Assembly: GCA_938002605.1 (NCBI GenBank)
Contig: CALLAF010000025.1
Coordinates: 56,638-120,637, forward strand
DNA from: an uncultured Rhodobacteraceae bacterium
GTDB taxonomy: Bacteria; Pseudomonadota; Alphaproteobacteria; Rhodobacterales; Rhodobacteraceae
Reading direction: 5' to 3'
DNA: 64,000 bases
A model generated the notes under the pieces. That model made no database searches. It had not been told where the DNA came from and saw nothing but the letters and a program-made list of their open reading frames with translations. Both the position numbers and the translations under genes were made by a program. This document shows, piece by piece, positions 47,190 through 57,652 of this stretch. Position 1 is the first letter of the stretch; every line of letters begins with the position of its first letter.

Positions 47190-49469
47190 ATGACAGATAA
47201 CGCAAACGACAGCACGCGGCAGGCGGCGCTCGACTATCACCAGTTCCCCAAACCCGGCAAGCTAGAAATTCGCGCAACCAAACCGCTGGCCAACGGGCGT
47301 GACCTGTCGCGCGCCTATTCCCCCGGCGTCGCCGAAGCCTGCCTTGAGATCAAAGCAAGCCCTGACACCGCGCGCGATTACACGACACGTGGCAATCTTG
47401 TCGGCGTCGTAACCAACGGGACAGCCGTTCTGGGGCTTGGCAATATCGGCGGATTGGCGTCGAAACCTGTCATGGAAGGCAAGGCCGTTCTGTTTAAGAA
47501 ATTCGCGAATATCGACTGCTTTGATATCGAATTGGACGAACCCAACCCAGAGAAATTAGCCGAGATCGTCTGCGCACTTGAACCGACATTTGGGGCCATT
47601 AACCTTGAAGACATCAAAGCCCCTGATTGCTTTATTGTCGAAAAAATCTGTCGCGAACGGATGAATATCCCAGTCTTTCACGACGATCAGCACGGCACAG
47701 CCATTGTTGTAGGGGCTGCCGCAACAAACGCGCTACGCGTGGCGGGCAAGAAATTTGAAGACATCAAAATCGTCAGCACTGGGGGCGGTGCCGCAGGTAT
47801 CGCCTGCTTGAACATGCTGCTAAAACTGGGCGTAAAACGCGAAAACGTCTGGCTATGTGACATCGAAGGTCTTGTTTACAATGGCCGCGAAAAAGACATG
47901 ACACCGCAAAAGGCCGAATATGCGCAAGGCAGCTCTGTCGCCACATTGGATGACGTCATCGCTGGCGCGGATATGTTCCTTGGCCTGTCTGGCCCCGGCG
48001 TTCTGAAGCCCGAAATGGTCGCCAAAATGACCGATGCTCCGATCATCTTTGCACTGGCCAACCCAACGCCAGAAATCAGTCCCGATGAAGCGCGCGCGGT
48101 CAAACCCGACGCGATTATTGCCACCGGGCGCAGCGATTTTCCGAACCAAGTGAACAACGTGCTGTGTTTCCCGTTTATCTTTCGCGGCGCGCTTGATGTG
48201 GGTGCCACCGATATCAACGACGAGATGAAAATCGCCTGTATCGAAGGCATCGCAGCGCTTGCCCGCGAAACCACCAGCGCCGAAGCCGCCGCCGCGTACC
48301 ACGGAGAAAGGCTCACCTTTGGGGCCGATTACCTGATCCCGAAACCGTTTGACCCGCGCCTGATGGGGGTTGTCGCCAGCTCTGTCGCAAAGGCAGCCAT
48401 GCAAACAGGTATCGCCACCCGACCGATCCCCGACATGGAGGCATACAAAGCCAATCTTGATGGTTCTGTCTTTAAGTCAGCCATGATCATGCGCCCCGTG
48501 TTCGAAGCAGCCCGTTCGACCACCCGTAGCATTGTCTTTGCCGAGGGCGAGGATGAACGCGTGCTGCGGGCGTCCCAAGCGATTATGGAAGAAACCACAG
48601 ACACGCCCATCTTGATCGGCCGTCCTGATGTGATCGCGCAACGCTGCGAACGTGCGGGGCTGAAAATCCGCCCCGGCGTTGATTTCAGCATCGTAAATCC
48701 GGAAAATGACCCGCGCTACCGCGATTACTGGGAAACCTACCACAAACTGATGGCCCGCAAAGGCGTGACCCCTGATCTGGCCAAGGCGATCATGCGCACC
48801 AACACCACCGCCATCGGCGCGGTCATGGTTCAACGCGGTGAGGCCGACAGCCTGATTTGCGGTACCTTTGGACAATTCTTGTGGCACTTGAACTATGTCA
48901 GACAGATTTTGGGCGATCAGGTGCTACACCCCGTCGGCGCGCTGTCATTGATGATTTTGGAAGATGGGCCGCTTTTTGTTGCCGATACCCAAGTCCACGC
49001 AGAACCGACCCCTGCCCAAATCGCTGAAACCGTCATTGGGGCCGCCCGCCACGTACGCCGCTTTGGGTTAGAACCCAAAATCGCGCTCTGTTCGCATAGT
49101 CAATTTGGCAATCTCGATTGTGACACGGGCCGCAGGATGCGCGCCGCAATGGAAATTCTCGACAGCGCGCCGCGCGATTTCGCTTATGAAGGGGAAATGC
49201 ATATCGATGCCGCGCTTGACGTCAATTTGCGCAACCGTGTTTTCCCCGATGCCCACTTGCCGGGCGCGGCCAATGTGCTCGTTTTCGCGAATACGGATGC
49301 GGCTTCGGGTGTGCGCAACATTCTGAAAATGAAAGGTGGCGGGCTTGAAGTTGGGCCAATTCTGATGGGTATGGGCAACCGCTGTCATATTGTCACACCC
49401 TCAATCACGCCACGCGGTTTGCTGAACATGTCGGCGCTTGCCGGAACACCCGTGGCACATTATGGATGA
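47190..49469 (+). CDS. maeB: NADP-dependent malic enzyme (malic enzyme plus PTA-like domain)
   Basis: About 759 aa. YSPGVA, the FHDDQHGTA motif, and a C-terminal phosphotransacetylase-like domain. Confidence 0.95.
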   Translation: MTDNANDSTRQAALDYHQFPKPGKLEIRATKPLANGRDLSRAYSPGVAEACLEIKASPDTARDYTTRGNLVGVVTNGTAVLGLGNIGGLASKPVMEGKAVLFKKFANIDCFDIELDEPNPEKLAEIVCALEPTFGAINLEDIKAPDCFIVEKICRERMNIPVFHDDQHGTAIVVGAAATNALRVAGKKFEDIKIVSTGGGAAGIACLNMLLKLGVKRENVWLCDIEGLVYNGREKDMTPQKAEYAQGSSVATLDDVIAGADMFLGLSGPGVLKPEMVAKMTDAPIIFALANPTPEISPDEARAVKPDAIIATGRSDFPNQVNNVLCFPFIFRGALDVGATDINDEMKIACIEGIAALARETTSAEAAAAYHGERLTFGADYLIPKPFDPRLMGVVASSVAKAAMQTGIATRPIPDMEAYKANLDGSVFKSAMIMRPVFEAARSTTRSIVFAEGEDERVLRASQAIMEETTDTPILIGRPDVIAQRCERAGLKIRPGVDFSIVNPENDPRYRDYWETYHKLMARKGVTPDLAKAIMRTNTTAIGAVMVQRGEADSLICGTFGQFLWHLNYVRQILGDQVLHPVGALSLMILEDGPLFVADTQVHAEPTPAQIAETVIGAARHVRRFGLEPKIALCSHSQFGNLDCDTGRRMRAAMEILDSAPRDFAYEGEMHIDAALDVNLRNRVFPDAHLPGAANVLVFANTDAASGVRNILKMKGGGLEVGPILMGMGNRCHIVTPSITPRGLLNMSALAGTPVAHYG

Positions 49470-49604
49470 TATTACAGATACTTACCAACCCCATCCCGTA
49501 AAGTAAATTATTTTACGGATCAGGCAGAGCAGGCGCAACGCGCGCTTGCCCGCGGCCAGCCCAAGGCGTAACACTTTCTCTCAGGTTGTTTTGGGAGGAA
49601 CATA

Positions 49605-51497
49605 ATGGGTTACGCAGATGTATATGCGGCTTGGAAAGCCGATCCAGAAGCATTCTGGATGGAGCAGGCCAAGGCGATTGATTGGGATACCCCGCCGACA
49701 CGGGCGCTAAATGATGATAACGCACCGCTGTACGAATGGTTTTCTGATGCAAAGGTAAACACCTGCTATAACGCCGTGGACCGCCATGTCGAAAATGGCC
49801 GAGGTGAGCAAACCGCGATCATCTATGACAGCCCGATCACCCATACCAAACGCGAGATTTCTTATATCGAGCTACGCAACCGGGTTGCAAGCCTTGCAGG
49901 TGCCCTACGCGCCAAGGGCGTCGAAAAGGGCGACCGCGTCATTATCTACATGCCAATGATCCCCGAAGCGCTTGAGGCCATGCTTGCTTGCGCGCGTCTT
50001 GGTGCGATCCATTCTGTGGTTTTTGGTGGCTTTGCCGCAAACGAACTTGCCGTGCGCATTGATGACGCGAAACCCAAAGCGATCATCGCAGCCTCTTGCG
50101 GCATGGAGCCGGGGCGCGTTGTGCACTACAAACCACTTGTTGATGGCGCGATTGAACTGGCAGAGCACAAGCCAGATTTTTGCGTGATTTTCCAGCGCGA
50201 ACAAGAAGTTGCCGAACTGATCCCTGGTCGTGACTATAACTGGCACGGCTTCCAATACGGCGTGGCACCCGCCGAATGTATCCCTGTCGAAGGCAACCAC
50301 CCTGCCTATATCCTTTATACGTCCGGCACGACCGGCGCGCCCAAGGGCGTCGTGCGCCATACGGCGGGCCATCTGGTGGCGCTGAACTGGACCATGAAAA
50401 ATATTTATAACGTCGACCCCGGTGATGTGTTCTGGGCCGCGTCAGATGTGGGCTGGGTCGTGGGCCACAGCTACATCTGTTACGCCCCGCTGATCCACGG
50501 CAACACAACGATCGTTTTCGAAGGCAAACCCATCGGCACCCCCGATGCGGGCACATTCTGGCGCGTCATCGAAGAACATAATGTAAAATCATTCTTTACC
50601 GCCCCCACCGCGTTCCGTGCGGTCAAACGCGAAGACCCGACTGGTGAATACGTCAAGAAATACGATCTCAGCTGTCTTGATCAGGTGTTCTTGGCCGGAG
50701 AGCGCGCCGATCCTGACACTATCGTCTGGGCGCAGAATCAGCTGCAAAAGCCGATCATCGACCATTGGTGGCAGACAGAACTGGGCTATCCTGGCGTGTG
50801 CAACCCGGTAGGCATCGAATTGCTGCCAGTCAAACTGGGATCCCCGTCAGTGCCGCTGCCCGGCTATGAGATGAAAATTCTTGACGATGAAGGCAATGAA
50901 CTCCCTCCCGGTGAGTTGGGCGCGATTGTTACGCCCCTGCCCCTGCCGCCCGGTACATTCCCAACCCTGTGGAATGCCGAAGACCGGTTTCAATCAAGCT
51001 ACCTCGAAACCTTCCCCGGCTATTATGAAACAGGCGACGCGGGCATGATCGACGAAGACGGCTATCTGTACATCATGGCGCGCACCGATGACGTGATCAA
51101 CGTCGCCGGACACCGCCTGTCGACAGGCGCTATGGAAGAAGTGCTGGCCAACCATCCCGACGTCGGTGAATGCGCCGTCATCGGCGTGACAGATCAGCTC
51201 AAAGGGCAATTGCCGCTTGGGTTTATCTGCCTCAACAACGGCTGTGACCGTCCACATGATGAGGTGATCAAAGAGGTCGTCGCCTCTGTGCGCAACACCA
51301 TCGGCCCCGTCGCCGCGTTCAAACTTGTGACTGTCGTTGACCGTCTACCGAAAACGCGCTCGGGCAAAATCTTGCGTGCAACAATGGTCAAAATCGCCGA
51401 CAGCGTGGAATTCAAAATGCCCGCAACCATCGACGACCCGGCAATCTTGGATGAAATCCGCGCGGCGCTCAAACCAATGGGTTACGCTGGGGGCTAA
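49605..51497 (+). CDS. prpE: propionate--CoA ligase (acyl-CoA synthetase, PrpE type)
   Basis: 630 aa. AMP-binding signature YTSGTTGAPKGV. The N-terminus YADVYAAWKADPEAFW is typical of PrpE. Confidence 0.85.
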   Translation: MGYADVYAAWKADPEAFWMEQAKAIDWDTPPTRALNDDNAPLYEWFSDAKVNTCYNAVDRHVENGRGEQTAIIYDSPITHTKREISYIELRNRVASLAGALRAKGVEKGDRVIIYMPMIPEALEAMLACARLGAIHSVVFGGFAANELAVRIDDAKPKAIIAASCGMEPGRVVHYKPLVDGAIELAEHKPDFCVIFQREQEVAELIPGRDYNWHGFQYGVAPAECIPVEGNHPAYILYTSGTTGAPKGVVRHTAGHLVALNWTMKNIYNVDPGDVFWAASDVGWVVGHSYICYAPLIHGNTTIVFEGKPIGTPDAGTFWRVIEEHNVKSFFTAPTAFRAVKREDPTGEYVKKYDLSCLDQVFLAGERADPDTIVWAQNQLQKPIIDHWWQTELGYPGVCNPVGIELLPVKLGSPSVPLPGYEMKILDDEGNELPPGELGAIVTPLPLPPGTFPTLWNAEDRFQSSYLETFPGYYETGDAGMIDEDGYLYIMARTDDVINVAGHRLSTGAMEEVLANHPDVGECAVIGVTDQLKGQLPLGFICLNNGCDRPHDEVIKEVVASVRNTIGPVAAFKLVTVVDRLPKTRSGKILRATMVKIADSVEFKMPATIDDPAILDEIRAALKPMGYAGG

Positions 51498-52549
51498 CCC
51501 TGCAAAACATCAACGATCCGGCCATCGCGCGACGATGTTTCGATGGCCGTGATCAGATGATGGGATGCCAATGCTTGGCGCCCTGTCACCATAGGGGCCG
51601 TACCCGCGCGCACCGCATCCGCAAAATCTTTGATCACCGCTTGATGCCACTCGTGTTTGGCGACAACGGGACCATTGTCAGATGCCCCGCCCGCGACGAC
51701 GACCTCGTGTCCGTTGCGGTCACCGCGCCAGAATACATCTAACGTGCCTGTGCCGATGCGCAATGTCGCGTGTTCATAATGCAGAGTTATCGTTTCAGCA
51801 CCATGCGGATAGCTTGCGGTGCTCGCGGTCAATGATCCAACCGCCCCATTTGCAAATCGCAGTCCGGCGACAGCCATATCTTCGGCTTCCATTTCATGCA
51901 GCACCGTTGTTGCCACCATACCCTGAACGCTTGACACAGCGCCCGTGAAGCTAAGCGCGAGATCAATCGTGTGGATCGCTTGGGTCAGCAGCACCCCGCC
52001 CCCGTCACGGGCATAGGTGCCGCGGCCAAGTTCGTCATAATAGGACTGATCACGCCAAAGCGGGATCGCAATTTCGGCATGAGCCAGCTTGCCAAGGTCG
52101 CCGCCCTTAACCAATTGCGCAGCCGCGATGGATGGCGCGCGCGCCCGGTGCTGGAACAAGATACCCAGCGACACACCGGCATCTGCGCATATTTCAACGA
52201 CCTGCTGCGCTTCTGCGCTATTTCGGGCCACGGGCTTTTCCAGCAAGATGTGTTTACCCGCATTGGCAAGCGCCGTGATCAGATCAATCCGGACCGAAGG
52301 CGGGGTCGCGACAATAGCAAATTGAATGTCAGGGCTTCCTGTGATCGCTGACAGATCAGAGGTAAACAAGGGCTTCGTACCGTCGTAGGCATCTGACAGA
52401 TACGCCGCATTCTCTGGATGACGCGACAACACAACGTCTAAGCGGAGCCGTTCACGCAAACCCGACAAGGCCGCGACATGCGTTGGTGCAATCATTCCTG
52501 CACCGATCAGCGCAACGCCTACGCGCGCAGGTAATTCAGGTTTTGTCAT
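51494..52549 (-). CDS. Gfo/Idh/MocA family oxidoreductase
   Basis: 351 aa. VALIGAGMIA Rossmann motif and the EKP motif (LEKPVA). Confidence 0.85.
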   Translation of the reverse strand: MTKPELPARVGVALIGAGMIAPTHVAALSGLRERLRLDVVLSRHPENAAYLSDAYDGTKPLFTSDLSAITGSPDIQFAIVATPPSVRIDLITALANAGKHILLEKPVARNSAEAQQVVEICADAGVSLGILFQHRARAPSIAAAQLVKGGDLGKLAHAEIAIPLWRDQSYYDELGRGTYARDGGGVLLTQAIHTIDLALSFTGAVSSVQGMVATTVLHEMEAEDMAVAGLRFANGAVGSLTASTASYPHGAETITLHYEHATLRIGTGTLDVFWRGDRNGHEVVVAGGASDNGPVVAKHEWHQAVIKDFADAVRAGTAPMVTGRQALASHHLITAIETSSRDGRIVDVLQG

Positions 52550-52603
52550 GCTTCCCCCATTTCTAGCATACCAGACCAGAGAGGCTCTTCAGACGCAAGC
52601 AAC

Positions 52604-52633
52604 AAAAAACCCGCCGCAGTTTCCTGCGACGGG
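52604..52633 (-). terminator. rho-independent terminator downstream of rpsA
   Basis: Reverse strand reads CCCGUCGCAG-GAAA-CUGCGGCGGG followed by a U6 run. Confidence 0.65.
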
Positions 52634-52662
52634 CTAATTTTGTAACGTTTAAAGCGGGTGAC

Positions 52663-54339
52663 TTATTCGTCGCCGCCTTTAAGAGCCGCACCAAGGATAT
52701 CACCCAATGATGCGCCAGAGTCAGACGAACCGAACTGCTCAACTGCTTCTTTTTCTTCAGCGATTTCACGTGCTTTGATCGACAGACCCAGCTTGCGTGT
52801 TTTGCTGTCGATGTTGGTGACGCGCACGTCGACCTTATCGCCAACGCCGAAACGCTCTGGACGCTGCTCTGCACGGTCACGTGACAGGTCTGAACGACGG
52901 ATAAAGGATTTTGCACCTTCATAGTCGACTTCAATGCCGCCGTCTTCGATCTTGGTCACTTCAACAGTGATGACAGAACCGCGCTTCACGCCGCCAACAG
53001 CTTCTGCGAACGGATCACCGTCGAGCGCTTTGATGGACAGAGAAATACGTTCTTTTTCAACGTCAACTTCAGCAACCTTGGCTTTGACAACATCACCCTT
53101 GCGGAAATCGCCGATGACGTCTTCGCCGCGGCCTTCCCATGTCAGGTCAGACAGGTGAACCATGCCGTCGATGTCGCCTTCGAGGCCAATGAACAGACCG
53201 AATTCGGTGATGTTTTTGACTTCGCCTTCGACTTCAGTGCCTTCTGGGTGTGTCTCAGCAAAGACTTCCCATGGGTTGCGCTGTGTCTGCTTGAGACCCA
53301 AAGAAACGCGACGCTTGGCTGAATCGATTTCCAGAACCATGACTTCGACTTCTTGTGAAGTAGACACGATTTTGCCTGGGTGTACGTTTTTCTTTGTCCA
53401 AGACATTTCAGAAACGTGCACAAGACCTTCAACACCGGCTTCCAGCTCAACAAATGCGCCGTAATCAGTGATGTTCGTCACGCGGCCCTGATGCACAGAA
53501 CCAAGGGTGAATTTCGCTTCAACAGCATCCCACGGATCTTCTTGCAGCTGCTTCATGCCAAGGCTGATGCGGTGGGTTTCTTTGTTGATCTTGATGACCT
53601 GCACCTTGATCGTCTCACCGATTGTGAGGATCTCGGATGGGTGGTTCACACGGCGCCATGCCATGTCAGTCACGTGCAACAGACCGTCAACACCGCCAAG
53701 GTCAACGAACGCACCGTATTCGGTGATGTTCTTGACGACGCCGTCAACTTCTTGGCCTTCAGTCAGGTTGCCAATAACTTCGGCGCGCTGTTCGGCACGG
53801 GATTCTTCAAGGATCGCACGGCGTGATACAACGATGTTCCCGCGACGGCGGTCCATCTTCAGGATCTGGAATGGCTGCTTAAGACCCATCAGTGGGCCCG
53901 CGTCGCGCACAGGGCGGACGTCAACTTGTGAGCCCGGCAAGAACGCAACAGCGCCGCCAAGATCAACAGTGAAACCACCTTTGACGCGGCCAAAGATGGC
54001 ACCGTCAACGCGGATTTCGTCAGCATATGCTTTTTCCAGACGATCCCAAGCTTCCTCACGGCGCGCCATCTCACGAGAGATAACAGCTTCGCCTTTGGCG
54101 TTCTCAACTTGGCGCAGGAACACTTCGACAGTGTCGCCAACAGCCAGTTCAGCGTCTTCACCTGGGTTTGCAAATTCTTTCAGATCAACGCGGCCTTCCA
54201 TTTTGTAGCCGACGTCGATGATCGCTTGGCCAGCCTCGATAGAGATGACTTTGCCTTTGACAACAGACCCTTCGGCCGGTGTGTCCATTTCGAAGCTTTC
54301 GTTCAAGAGTGCTTCAAACTCTTCCATTGTATTAGCCAT
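52663..54339 (-). CDS. rpsA: 30S ribosomal protein S1
   Basis: Six S1 repeats. Start at ATG 54339 (MANTMEEFEALLNES...). Confidence 0.97.
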   Translation of the reverse strand: MANTMEEFEALLNESFEMDTPAEGSVVKGKVISIEAGQAIIDVGYKMEGRVDLKEFANPGEDAELAVGDTVEVFLRQVENAKGEAVISREMARREEAWDRLEKAYADEIRVDGAIFGRVKGGFTVDLGGAVAFLPGSQVDVRPVRDAGPLMGLKQPFQILKMDRRRGNIVVSRRAILEESRAEQRAEVIGNLTEGQEVDGVVKNITEYGAFVDLGGVDGLLHVTDMAWRRVNHPSEILTIGETIKVQVIKINKETHRISLGMKQLQEDPWDAVEAKFTLGSVHQGRVTNITDYGAFVELEAGVEGLVHVSEMSWTKKNVHPGKIVSTSQEVEVMVLEIDSAKRRVSLGLKQTQRNPWEVFAETHPEGTEVEGEVKNITEFGLFIGLEGDIDGMVHLSDLTWEGRGEDVIGDFRKGDVVKAKVAEVDVEKERISLSIKALDGDPFAEAVGGVKRGSVITVEVTKIEDGGIEVDYEGAKSFIRRSDLSRDRAEQRPERFGVGDKVDVRVTNIDSKTRKLGLSIKAREIAEEKEAVEQFGSSDSGASLGDILGAALKGGDE

Positions 54340-54571
54340 GTGGCGTCGTTTTCCTAACATTTTGTTTTATACGGGCCGTGCGGTTGTCTCCGCCGGTCTT
54401 TGGATTTCGGTTGGTCTGGGCACCTTCGCGAACATAAAACAACAGGGCCGGTAAACACCGACCCCGCTCAAGTCTCACGCCCGCACCTGTTTCGATGCTT
54501 AGACAGGGCGGCGTATAGGCGTGTTTTGGCATGTTTGCAAGGGGTTTTGCAGTTCCGCAATCGGTCAATGC

Positions 54572-55516
54572 CTAACTATCTGAATCAGAAGAATCGTCAT
54601 AGCCGGGAAACAAAAGCGGGCGCTGATGCGGTGGAATTTCACTCACCGGCATACGCCCATGTTCCCAAACATGGGCTGCTGATGAATTAAAAAAGGTCGT
54701 ACCTCCGGGCGACATTGGCGCGTATTGCGAACTATAGGCCATGTTTTGTTCGGTATCATCGCTCATCTCGGCTTCGTCATCGCTGTTGAAACGCAACCGC
54801 GGATCAGCGGCGGCACCGATAAATTGATTTGTTACAGAATCATCAAGCCGCAAATTATGGGGCGCACTATTCAGGTGGCCGCACAGTTCCTTGACATTAT
54901 TGGATGTAGGGCCTGCCAGTACCGCATCCCGCGCGGTCGCCATATTTACATGGAAATCAAGGTGAGGACTACTGCCATACAATGCGTCAGACGATTCTAT
55001 AAAGAAGGTTTTATCAATGCCACCGTTCAAATAAGCCTCTACCAGATCATCACGGATTTCCTGCCATGATCGTGAATGGCATCTGTCAAGTTCTTCATCG
55101 CTTAGATTGACATTGCTTGCGTCAAGCTGCTGGTCCGGCTCATCGGCATGTGTGGCATTCCATTGTGCCACCAGATATCTGGTCAAGAGAGTCGTGCGAA
55201 TGAACGCAGGGCGGCCCGTTATCGTCCATGAGCCACTACTCTCTATGACGTTGACGGCCCTTTGAAGGGTGTCGTCCGCAACTAGAGTTTTACATCTAGG
55301 ATCATATGCATGTTGCGCGGTCATCGCGACCATCTGCATGGGCGCACGGCCCCCATCAGCAGCAGCCTGCAGTGCAGCCTGCTGCATCACAACCGGGCTC
55401 TGAATTGCCATGCGCTGTAGCGTCGCCACGGATCCGACAGATTGGCCTGTATTGGCTACGCGCCGAGCGGGAAGCATTGTGGCGGGAACTGCGCTCTGTG
55501 CCGTCTTATAAATCAT
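54572..55516 (-). CDS. orphan hypothetical protein (314 aa)
   Basis: No signal peptide and no motif I recognise. Rare-codon-rich (ata, aga, cta, agt, tta) and visibly lower GC. Acidic Ser/Asp tail DDSSDSDS. Confidence 0.5.
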   Translation of the reverse strand: MIYKTAQSAVPATMLPARRVANTGQSVGSVATLQRMAIQSPVVMQQAALQAAADGGRAPMQMVAMTAQHAYDPRCKTLVADDTLQRAVNVIESSGSWTITGRPAFIRTTLLTRYLVAQWNATHADEPDQQLDASNVNLSDEELDRCHSRSWQEIRDDLVEAYLNGGIDKTFFIESSDALYGSSPHLDFHVNMATARDAVLAGPTSNNVKELCGHLNSAPHNLRLDDSVTNQFIGAAADPRLRFNSDDEAEMSDDTEQNMAYSSQYAPMSPGGTTFFNSSAAHVWEHGRMPVSEIPPHQRPLLFPGYDDSSDSDS

Positions 55517-55770
55517 CGCGCTTCCGAGAATTATTCAAATAAATATACGCGCACACTATATCCTGCCATGGAGATACATCAAAATTAAAATTCCTCACAC
55601 AAGCGCGATAGAACGCGCGACGCGATCGCCGACAGTTAGCCATACGCGTTACCTACGTAAGTCTGACGTTTTGCCGCCCGCATATTTCTTTATTTTAAAG
55701 GCAAAAATGCGTATTAACCCGCCCGCGTGTTCGCAGGCAGGCAGGGGCACCGGTCGGTGCCTGCGCGCAT

Positions 55771-56691
55771 TTACATATTATCAAGCGGCACCAATGTCGC
55801 GGCGGCGTCAACGTACATCCCAACAACCGTGTTCATATTCGCCATTGTGACGTTCAACTGCCGGAATTTCACCGCGTTTTCATCAACCTCAAGCGCATTG
55901 CCCGCTAACACGTCTGACACATAAGGCTTTGCAGCATTCCAGTCATTCAACACCCCATCCAGACCTGTTGCGATCGTGTTGTTTGGTGGGGGCTGCACAC
56001 CCACAACCGGCATTCCGTTTTGTAATGCATCCAGCGAATTTTCAAAAATACGCATCGTTGTTTCAAGATCTCCGACAGTCACCGTCGTTTCGAAATCACC
56101 TTCCAGAATGCAAGATTCTTTAGACATTTTTTGCGTCAGCATGCGCTGCCGCCCCGAAATATCGACCAAAACCAAAGCTGCAAATGTTGTTGCATTCGGG
56201 TTGGAATATTGTTGAACGAGCCGCTCAACCAACAATTGGGCTGCACGTAACACGGGCAGGTTTTCATTCAGCACATAATTACGTTGGGCCTCGGTCGCTG
56301 TACCGTTTGCAACCGCGTCGGCGGCGGTTTTCAAGGGCTCCCACAAGGTGCGCAGTTCTGCGATAAGCGCAAGCGTCTGCCCATTGGTTTCAGGTAGTTG
56401 GATGTTCAGATCGGCATCCCCGAACTCAAGCCCGGTCAGGATTTTTTCAAACTCTGCCGTTGCTGCCACCAGTAATGCCGCCGAACCCTCTACATCGATA
56501 CCGCGTGAAAAGTGGCATGCCGCTGATGGAACCCGCTGTGACAGCATCCGCAGCTTTCCCGAAAAGTTAATCCGTTGCTCGGCGTTTTCTTCAACTACCG
56601 GCACGCTCTGACCAAGAGAGACGCTGGGAATTATCACTGCCGAAAATGCAGCCAAAAGTAGAAACTTAAGCTTCAGAAACTCAGGGAACAT
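55771..56691 (-). CDS. periplasmic protein with two PilJ/NarX-type (P-box) sensor modules and no output domain
   Basis: Signal peptide MFPEFLKLKFLLLAAFSAVIIPSVSLG-Q. Two P-box-like motifs, INFSGKLRMLSQR and VDISGRQRMLTQK. Start at ATG 56691. Confidence 0.72.
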   Translation of the reverse strand: MFPEFLKLKFLLLAAFSAVIIPSVSLGQSVPVVEENAEQRINFSGKLRMLSQRVPSAACHFSRGIDVEGSAALLVAATAEFEKILTGLEFGDADLNIQLPETNGQTLALIAELRTLWEPLKTAADAVANGTATEAQRNYVLNENLPVLRAAQLLVERLVQQYSNPNATTFAALVLVDISGRQRMLTQKMSKESCILEGDFETTVTVGDLETTMRIFENSLDALQNGMPVVGVQPPPNNTIATGLDGVLNDWNAAKPYVSDVLAGNALEVDENAVKFRQLNVTMANMNTVVGMYVDAAATLVPLDNM

Positions 56692-57037
56692 AATTATCTT
56701 TCTGTCTTTTTTCTCAGGGAATGACGGCGCAGTCACTGTGCCATATGACATTCGGTTCGTTCGGTTTTGCGCGGGCACCTAAAGCGTGAGCGAGACACCA
56801 CAAAACCGCTTATAATTATGATTATGTTTGATTTATGTCAAATTCGGGGAAGCGCCGAGAACCACAAGATTTGCTGATTTTTTACGCGTCAAATTCGCGT
56901 ATTGACTGCTAAATGAGCGCTAGAAAAACCCACCTCTCACCCAACAGAGACCACAATCAAAGGATGAGTTAAAAATTTTATCATGCACAGCGTCACGACA
57001 CCCAATCATGCGCGCGATACCACCCTTAGGGTGTAAA

Positions 57038-57652
57038 TTACTGCGCGCCCAGCCCTGACCGAACGGCTTCAATTGCCGCGTCGATAGCCTGCTCAATCGT
57101 CATATCTGACGTGTCAATTTCTACCGCATCATCCGCCGCGACAAGCGGAGCTTCTGCCCGGTTACGGTCACGCGCATCACGGGTTTTGACGTCTGTCAAA
57201 ACTTGATCATATGCGATTTTCATGCCCTTTGCCGCCAATTCGTTAAAACGTCGTTCGGCCCGGCGTTCAGCCGAGGCCGTCACAAAGAGTTTCACTGACG
57301 CATCTGGGCAAATCACCGTGCCGATATCGCGACCATCCAATACAGCCCCACCATCACGTGTCGCAAAGTTGCGCTGAAACGCGACGAGCGCGCTGCGCAC
57401 CTCTGCGATCACGGCAATTTCACTGGCTGCTTGGGCAACGGCTGGGGTGCGTAGACTGTCGTCTTCAAGGTCGTGCGGATCAAGCGCCTGCGCCGCTGCA
57501 ACCGGATCAACCCCAGCAAGCACCTTTGCACCTACCGCGCGGTACAAAAGCCCGGTATCAAGATGTGCAAAGCCAAATTGCGCGGCAACTGCCTTGCTAA
57601 TCGTGCCTTTGCCTGCCGCGGCAGGCCCGTCAATGGCGACGGTAAAGATCAT
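57038..57652 (-). CDS. cmk: cytidylate kinase
   Basis: [14 protein letters not shown]-loop. The ATG at 57652 overlaps the aroA stop (ATGA). The 275-aa track ORF is an artefactual extension. Confidence 0.93.
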   Translation of the reverse strand: MIFTVAIDGPAAAGKGTISKAVAAQFGFAHLDTGLLYRAVGAKVLAGVDPVAAAQALDPHDLEDDSLRTPAVAQAASEIAVIAEVRSALVAFQRNFATRDGGAVLDGRDIGTVICPDASVKLFVTASAERRAERRFNELAAKGMKIAYDQVLTDVKTRDARDRNRAEAPLVAADDAVEIDTSDMTIEQAIDAAIEAVRSGLGAQ

